Virus record (IMG/VR): IMGVR_UViG_3300005253_000273
Coordinates: 1-52,257 of that record
Reading direction: 5' to 3' (one strand)
Source: a virus
Lineage: Duplodnaviria > Caudoviricetes
Length of the DNA stretch: 52,257 nt
The notes under the pieces were generated by a model. That model was not told the origin of the DNA. It saw only the letters and a list, made by a program, of their open reading frames with translations, and searched no databases. The translations under genes and the position numbers were made by a program. Below, piece after piece: positions 51,778-52,257 of the stretch. Every line of letters starts with the position of its first letter. Positions within the stretch are counted from its first letter, which is position 1.

Positions 51778-52257
51778 AAATCCCACCCCTCCACATCCTC
51801 ATTGTAGGAGAACCCTTTGCAGGTAAGAGTACCTTTTGTAGAACAATGCCCACCCCGAATCTGATCTTTTTCTTTGATCCCATTGGCAAGGATGAAGCCT
51901 ATCTTGAATGTGGCACCATCCAAAAGGAAGACGATAAAGGTAATCCTCTTCTTAATCTTCAAGGTTGTCCTATGAAAAGAATTTGGAAAGGAGACCAACT
52001 TCTATTCCAACTTGAATACTATCATGATGAACAATGGACTGAGGGTTCTCAAGGAGCCCTTGAACCTAATCCATCAGCTTTTGAGAATTTCTGTAAAAGA
52101 CTTGTAAGTATCGAGCAGGAATTTAATCTTTGGGAAACTATGACCTTGGATTCCTACTCAGGAGCTGAATTAGCTTCACTCCTAAGACAGAAGTATAAGA
52201 TTAATGCAGGAGGTAATAAAGATTTACGTCATTGGGCTGGGGCAGTCAGAAACGAGA
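51774..52257 (+). CDS. Sak4/AAA_24-like ATPase (recombinase), N-terminal part; continues across the circular junction
   Basis: ATG 51774 overlaps the upstream TGA. Reads MKIPPLHILIVGEPFAGKST (Walker A) ... ETMTLDS (Walker B). In frame with ORF 4..426, about 264 aa in total. Confidence 0.8.
   Translation, partial: MKIPPLHILIVGEPFAGKSTFCRTMPTPNLIFFFDPIGKDEAYLECGTIQKEDDKGNPLLNLQGCPMKRIWKGDQLLFQLEYYHDEQWTEGSQGALEPNPSAFENFCKRLVSIEQEFNLWETMTLDSYSGAELASLLRQKYKINAGGNKDLRHWAGAVRNE
52143..52257. repeat. Direct terminal repeat/assembly overlap, copy 2
   Basis: Matches 1-115 with one mismatch; lies inside a reading frame that continues into 4..426. Confidence 0.97.

Noticed and set aside
1-52257. Alternative genetic code
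   Set aside because: Long genes are intact under code 11, and TAA, TGA and TAG all end genes at coupled junctions
1-52257. Lysogeny module (integrase, CI/Cro, ParA)
   Set aside because: No tyrosine/serine recombinase or repressor motifs recognised by eye; a divergent one cannot be excluded without an HMM search

Overview
The window is an apparently complete, circularly permuted ~52.1 kb dsDNA bacteriophage genome. A 115-bp direct terminal overlap falls inside a Sak4/AAA_24-type ATPase gene. There are two transcription arms. The + strand early/replication arm runs 44.9 kb -> end -> 10.86 kb: many small Cys-rich ORFs, a PD-(D/E)xK nuclease, the Sak4-like ATPase, an SSB-like protein, a UDG-fused family A DNA polymerase split into two genes around a cassette that includes dCTP deaminase, and a DUF3987-like P-loop protein. 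The - strand late arm runs 43.9 kb -> 10.9 kb: HNH, TerS, TerL split into ATPase and nuclease genes around a DEDDh exonuclease, large virion proteins, a lysis-like membrane cluster, two tail fibre/spike proteins, portal, scaffold, capsid, three adaptor paralogues, a nozzle-like protein and ejection-like proteins. This suggests a podovirus-like, probably lytic phage. No integrase, primase or endolysin was recognised. The most unusual feature is an array of about nine tRNA-like structured elements at 1.37-2.81 kb, plus one at 47.2 kb, that reuse the same closing stems around unrelated interiors. The divergent intergenic region holds a 4-unit nested inverted repeat (candidate origin) and a complete sigma54 promoter architecture (enhancer-like palindromes, IHF site, -24/-12). 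All calls come from reading motifs by eye; no database search was run.
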